Source: Hormiphora californensis
Taxonomy: Eukaryota > Animalia > Ctenophora
NCBI GenBank assembly: GCA_020137815.1
Contig: CM035353.1
Span: 3,844,001-3,908,000, forward strand
Length of the DNA stretch: 64,000 nucleotides
Reading direction: 5' to 3'
Both the position numbers and the translations under genes were made by a program. Positions 58,401-64,000 of this stretch are shown piece by piece. Numbering within the stretch: position 1 is the stretch's first letter; every line of letters begins with the position of its first letter. A model generated the notes under the pieces. It did no database searches. It was not told the origin of the DNA and was given only the letters and a program-made list of their open reading frames with translations.

Positions 58401-60745
58401 ATGATACTTTCTCGAGTTTCCCAATAGCTTGCATCAAAAACAATATAACGTAAGCCCCTGATTTATTATTACACATGCCATGATATAGACTTGATCCCAA
58501 TACCAAACACTAAATTTTCCTTAATAATTTCAGGGTGAAACACGTTCTAAAAAGTCAGATGTGTGACGTGACAAAATACAAGGGAAAAAAGTACCATGAA
58601 TACTGTGACAATGCACCGTGGCTGACATGGCTGAACTGTTCAAACTTCATGAACGATCAAACAACAGTCAGCCTGATCTGCACCATCAGTAACGAGACCT
58701 TCACTCTTCACAAAAAGTGGGAATGCGATGGCACGGTGCAGTGTGATGATAGTTCCGATGAGAAGTGCGTCATGGTCTCTAAATCAGAATATATCCACTA
58801 CGACCGGCACCATTCCGGTACATCTGACGCTAATCTGATAGTATGTCCTGGTAATGGAACCACTTTCATTAGCGTTTCCTCCATGTGTGACGGTAGAACT
58901 GATTGTTTTGTCACGAGGAACAACACAGATGAAGAGAATGTGTGTTCGATTACCAACAAGCGGATAACGGTGCGATACGAGCCTGAACTCCGACTGGGAG
59001 ACCACTTCTTCATCCCGCCATGCTTGCCTGGAATGCCCCGTGAAGGTTGTGAGGTATTCAACCACTCCATAGCCACGGGGGCAATTCGCTTCTTGCATGT
59101 TAATCGAGCATGGGCTGAAAGTCAGGGATGTCAGCAGCTCGGCGGAGAAGAGCTTGCTCTGTTGGTAAAATTAAAACTTTGTGACCATTCGTTGGAGGTC
59201 AACTTGTTCCAGCCATCGTCCGGTTCATGTGGAAGCACGATTGAGGGATCCTCAATTGTCTATTCATATACTAAATCCGATAACGGGGTTGCCGTCCAGA
59301 AGTTATTCCAAGCGGTCGACGACAGGCGTATCCATGGGTTGTTCCAATGCAACACTATCGACAAATGCATCACAGTTGAGAAATTTTGTGATCATATCCC
59401 GGATTGTCCGAATGAAGAAGACGAGCTGAACTGCACCAATAAGTTTAGGTGTCATGACAACGGAGCCGTTATTCCGTTGACCAAAGAATGCGATGGAATC
59501 TTTGATTGCCTGGACAGGAGCGATGAATGCATTTACAGTACTTGCCAGAAAATCCCCAGAAAGATTCTTCGCAACAACCTATTTCGGGTGATCTGCGGGG
59601 TTATCTCGATGTTTGCAGTCCTCATAAATTTGGTCAACATCGGGCTTTTCATTCAGAGCATTCAAAAAGTTACCAGTATCAGTTCCTTCGCGAACGAAAC
59701 TTTCGTCTTTTTGATCTCGGTCGGCGACATTTTAGTGGGACTAAACATGGCCCTTCTCTTTGGATACGATATCTACTACGGAGACTATTACTGTGAAAAC
59801 AGGTTACAGTGGCTATCGAGCGGCGCCTGTTCATCCATTGGAATAGCCAGTACCTTTGGAAACATCCTCTCTCTATTTAGCATGACGGCTCTCTCGCTAT
59901 TTCGAATAATCTCACTCAAAACAATGATGAGTTTCGCTGACTTTGACAGGAAAAATGTTTCCATTTTCGTATCACTCGCCGCTGGGATAGTTCTTCTTGC
60001 CCTTGGGATATCCGTTATCCCCGTGCTCCCGATATTTGAGGACTATTTCGTGAACGGTCTTTACGTTGCTGAAAACAACATCTTTCTCGATTCTATGAAT
60101 AAGACTTCTATGAATAAAACTTTTAGACTTTACGGAGACGAACTGTGGAGAGAAGCAAATCTATACGAAAAGCGTTTTCAACCGTCATATCTGACCTGGA
60201 AGGACTATACAAAACTGATCGAAACTTTAATTAAGAATGAAAATACCAGTGAAGTATCCCGGGTAGGGTTCTATGGAAACTCAGGGGTTTGTCTTTTCAA
60301 ATACTTTGTACACGACGACGACCCCCAGGTTGGTTTCTCCCTTGCAGTGCTGACAATGAATCTCTTCTGTTTCATAATCATTGTAATCAGTTACTCACTC
60401 ATCATTTTACACACCAATGCATCCTCTCAATCCGTGGGCATGACTGACCAGGCCCGGGCAACAATGAGGAAGTTACAGAGAAAGATAGCCATCATCATTC
60501 TCACTGACTTCATGACGTGGATTCCCTTTATTGTAATGGCGTTGCTATACTTTGTGGGTGTCATTGAGGATGCAACTCAGATCTATATGTGGTGTTCCGT
60601 CTTTTTGATTCCCATTAACAGTGTCCTCAATCCAATTATCTATAACAGTGATCGAGTGATGGGGCTGTTTCAACGGAAGGTGAAGCGAAGAGGTACTACA
60701 ACAGCTGCAGCTACTACGAGTCGAGTGGTGACAAGCCAGATGTAA
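49441..60745 (+). CDS. Large mosaic GPCR (~13 exons, ~1500 aa): signal peptide, unique region, F5-8C/F-type-lectin-like domain, Ig-like domain, Cys-rich/LDLa repeats, rhodopsin-type 7TM
   Basis: Exons 49441-49599, ~50094-50391 (needs one homopolymer indel), 51246-51476, 51556-51831, 51920-51979, 52138-52385, 52582-52732, 52843-52992, 56204-56329, 56620-56852, 57741-58027, 58303-58449, 58534-60745, GT-AG and phase-consistent; last exon has LDLa repeats and a full 7TM (ISVGDIL, FYGNSGVCLFKY, ILTDFMTWIP, PINSVLNPIIY). Confidence 0.78.
50533..50628. repeat. (ACCATA)n hexamer repeat within an intronic element (about 50420-51158)
   Basis: Direct reading; 51058-51111 has an inverted relative at 60861-60913. 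Confidence 0.9.
53053..53454. repeat. 134-bp perfect tandem repeat, 3 copies
   Basis: tctctataacagtccgtcatac at 53053, 53187 and 53321. Confidence 0.95.
53989..56120 (+). mobile_element. Helentron/DINE-like element (second copy), with an extra insert at about 54630-55065
   Basis: See 26905-28660; ends ttttgggcccggggcacttgccagtgctat. Confidence 0.7.
57038..57229. mobile_element. ~190-bp palindromic MITE; partial copies at about 14027-14125 and 47895-47952
   Basis: gggggaaacagccgtgcctgaacc ... ggttcaggtacgactgttttccccc. Confidence 0.75.
57379..57530. repeat. (GATGACCAA)n 9-bp repeat
   Basis: Direct reading; intronic. Confidence 0.95.
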
Positions 60746-61797
60746 CGGACACATTGATACAATACAATTATACCATGGATACTAATTTGATATTATAGAC
60801 ATATGATAGAACATAGTGATATACGAAATTTGCTGCTAATTACCTAATTATTTACTAATCAAAACGCGGAGTTTTTACGTTATCCGACCCAAAACCGGCT
60901 GAAATTTGGCCACATCCAAATATTTCAATATTTTTGTGTAGGGGTGGTTTTGATGTGAGGATGGAACCAGGCTCGCCTCTCAGTCACTTGATCTAGTGAT
61001 ACAGGGGAGGGGGTAAAAGTGTTCAGAACAGATAACAGTGTTCGGAACAGACAACAGTGTTCAGAACAGACAACAGTGTTAAAGTGAGAGGTGCACCAAA
61101 ACGAAATTTGGAATAATGTCTAAACTAATTGACACGAAAAAACCTATAAACCCTTAACCCTATCTATCCCTATAACTTCCCTTTGGTGGTAAAAGGAATA
61201 AACAATGTTATTTTGGCTTCAACAGACCTCCTGTAGGACGGCATATGAGTTTTCTAACCGAGCCAAAAATTTTGATATCTTACCGGTGTTTTTTTCTTTC
61301 AGAGTCGGGTTTCTAAAAGGCAACCAAAACCCAAGAAAAAAACCATTAATGATCATGAATTTTGGTAAGGAGGGAGAAAAATGTCCATTTAACATCTTTC
61401 CATGATCAATTGAATGATTTATCAAAATTTTTCCAGAAATTCAGGATATCAAACATATTTTTTATACATTTACGACTAAGTGTCTTGAGAAGGGCAATTG
61501 TGGTATAAAATGTTGGTAGATTTTCAAAAAACTTGTTTGGTAACCAAGAAAATTGTCTAATTAGTCGTGAACAAGAATTTTAGACGTTAAAATTCAGAAT
61601 AAATTGCACAATTAGTGATTTTCGACCGGTGTATTAATTACGTCTCAACGTTCATCGCGGCGTTGAATTCAAGACAAGAAGCAAAGAACACGTCGATAAA
61701 AAAGGTAGAATACGCGCGTGTTTATTACACCCCCGCTAGAATTGTTAGTGCAATCCAACTCGTTTACCTTCAACTTACCGGAATACAACACCATATC

Positions 61798-62301
61798 ATG
61801 GCACCCGTCTCTACTACTCCAACCAAGGTCAAGAAGGCCGCTCCCAAGAAGCCCTCAGAGCATCCTCAGTACAAGGAGATGATCTCCGCGGCCATCGCTG
61901 CTCTTGCAAATCGCTCCGGAAGCTCGAAGATTGCCATCTCCAAGTACATCTCTGCCAACTACAAGGTCGGAGATAGGCATGAATCCCTACTCAGATCTGC
62001 CCTTCTCAGGGGTCTCAAGGCTGGAGCTCTTGTTAAAAAGAGTGGAGTTGGATGCTCGGGATCTTTCAAACTGGCTGCTGCAGTAAAGAAGCCTGCTGTC
62101 AAGAAACCTGCTGCCAAGAAACCTGCTGCCAAGAAAGCCGCTGCCAAGAAAGCCGCTGCTAAGAAGGCTGGTACTCCCAAGAAGGCTGCCCCAAAGAAGA
62201 AGACTGCTGCTGCCAAGAAGTCTACCCCGAAGAAGAAGCCTGTTGCAGCAAAGAAGAAGCCAACTGCGAAGAAGGCTACCCCCAAGAAGGCTAAGAAGTA
62301 A
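61798..62301 (+). CDS. H1: Histone H1 (167 aa)
   Basis: HPQYKEMISAAIAALANRSGSSKIAISKYI...GVGCSGSFKL globular domain and K/A/P-rich tail; ATG at 61798; intronless. Confidence 0.96.
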   Translation: MAPVSTTPTKVKKAAPKKPSEHPQYKEMISAAIAALANRSGSSKIAISKYISANYKVGDRHESLLRSALLRGLKAGALVKKSGVGCSGSFKLAAAVKKPAVKKPAAKKPAAKKAAAKKAAAKKAGTPKKAAPKKKTAAAKKSTPKKKPVAAKKKPTAKKATPKKAKK

Positions 62302-62351
62302 ACGGTGACATTGTTCACATCTTCTGAACGCATTTTGCTTTCAGAAACAAC

Positions 62352-62367
62352 GGCTTTTTTCAAAGCC
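62352..62367 (+). promoter_or_regulatory. Histone 3' stem-loop of H1
   Basis: GGCTTT-TTTC-AAAGCC followed by ACCCA and a downstream AAAGAA. Confidence 0.92.
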
Positions 62368-63073
62368 ACCCAAATACCTCAAAGAAATCCCTCGATTATT
62401 TTATCGTCCCTTCTCAACATGACCCATGATTGGTACAAAGTTGAAAGCTTTCCGGATTCACTAAAATATCTTGGATATATGGAGCATGATTAGTCCACAA
62501 ATCATATTGAAATGTGAGTGAACCGTCTGGGCTAAATGCAACGTTTTTAGGTTTTAATTTTCGCTGCCCGGGTTACCCTGGGTACCCTACACCCATGCTT
62601 GGTATCCAAGACACCTCACACTCAGGCCGCTTCGCGCGCCGGCAAGGGATGGGTAACTTCGTTACCAACACCCATGCCATGACGTGATTGCTGCGTCTAG
62701 AGCCGAACCGAACACGCTTATTAGGCGCCCCAGCACGTCCACGTCCAATCAGTTTTGGTACGAGTGGCCTTGCTAAGGCGGAGTAAAATCCCACAAAATT
62801 GTGACTCGAGTTGTGACTCGAGTTGGTTACCAACTAGGGTCTCCCTGAGCAAAATTTACTATTTCACTATTTCGTATACGTTTACAAATTTTGTCTCAAC
62901 TAACAACCAGGCTGAACGCTGATCATTTATACTCTGGCAGTATTCTATGCATAAAGCTCGGTAAACCAATTGATATTCAGAAGGTGAAAATGGGAAATGT
63001 GATGTTGGGTGTGACAGGAAATTAAAAATGTGAATAGAAAAGGTATTTGATCGGTTCTTTTTCAAGATTGGGT

Positions 63074-63089
63074 GGCTTTGAAAAAAGCC
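63074..63089 (-). promoter_or_regulatory. Histone 3' stem-loop of H4
   Basis: Reverse complement reads GGCTTT-TTTC-AAAGCC-ACCCA with a downstream AAAAAGAA. Confidence 0.92.
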
Positions 63090-63133
63090 GTTTTCGGTAT
63101 CGGGCAAGCCCGATACCTTGGATATCGGGGTAT

Positions 63134-64000
<867 letters not shown>

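Noticed and set aside
61615-61797. N-terminal extension of H1 in the ORF track
   Set aside because: Starts at a non-ATG codon; the ATG at 61798 gives a typical H1

Overview
Eukaryotic (animal) genomic DNA, rich in introns, (AG)n tracts and transposons, with one 100-N gap and signs of homopolymer/indel consensus errors. The repeat families and the LDLa-type GPCRs suggest a ctenophore such as Pleurobrachia (inference, not verified). Genes: (i) two tandem 5-exon single-C2-domain genes on the minus strand (11.6-17.1 kb), not visible in the ORF track; (ii) three LDL-receptor class A (LDLa) repeat + rhodopsin-type 7TM receptors, two broken and one apparently intact with ~13 exons that join an F-type-lectin/F5-8C-like domain and an Ig-like domain to LDLa repeats and the 7TM; (iii) a secreted F5-8C/F-type-lectin-like gene split by a TAA-flanked MITE; (iv) minus-strand GPCR remnants; (v) the start of a replication-dependent histone cluster (H1, H4, H3). 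The non-coding DNA is dominated by fold-back structure: ~1-1.3 kb almost wholly palindromic transposons whose two arms share copy-specific mutations, Helitron/Helentron-like elements with inverted terminal duplications, a doubly inverted Penelope-like insertion, and many 30-136 bp zero- or short-spacer palindromes of unrelated sequence.
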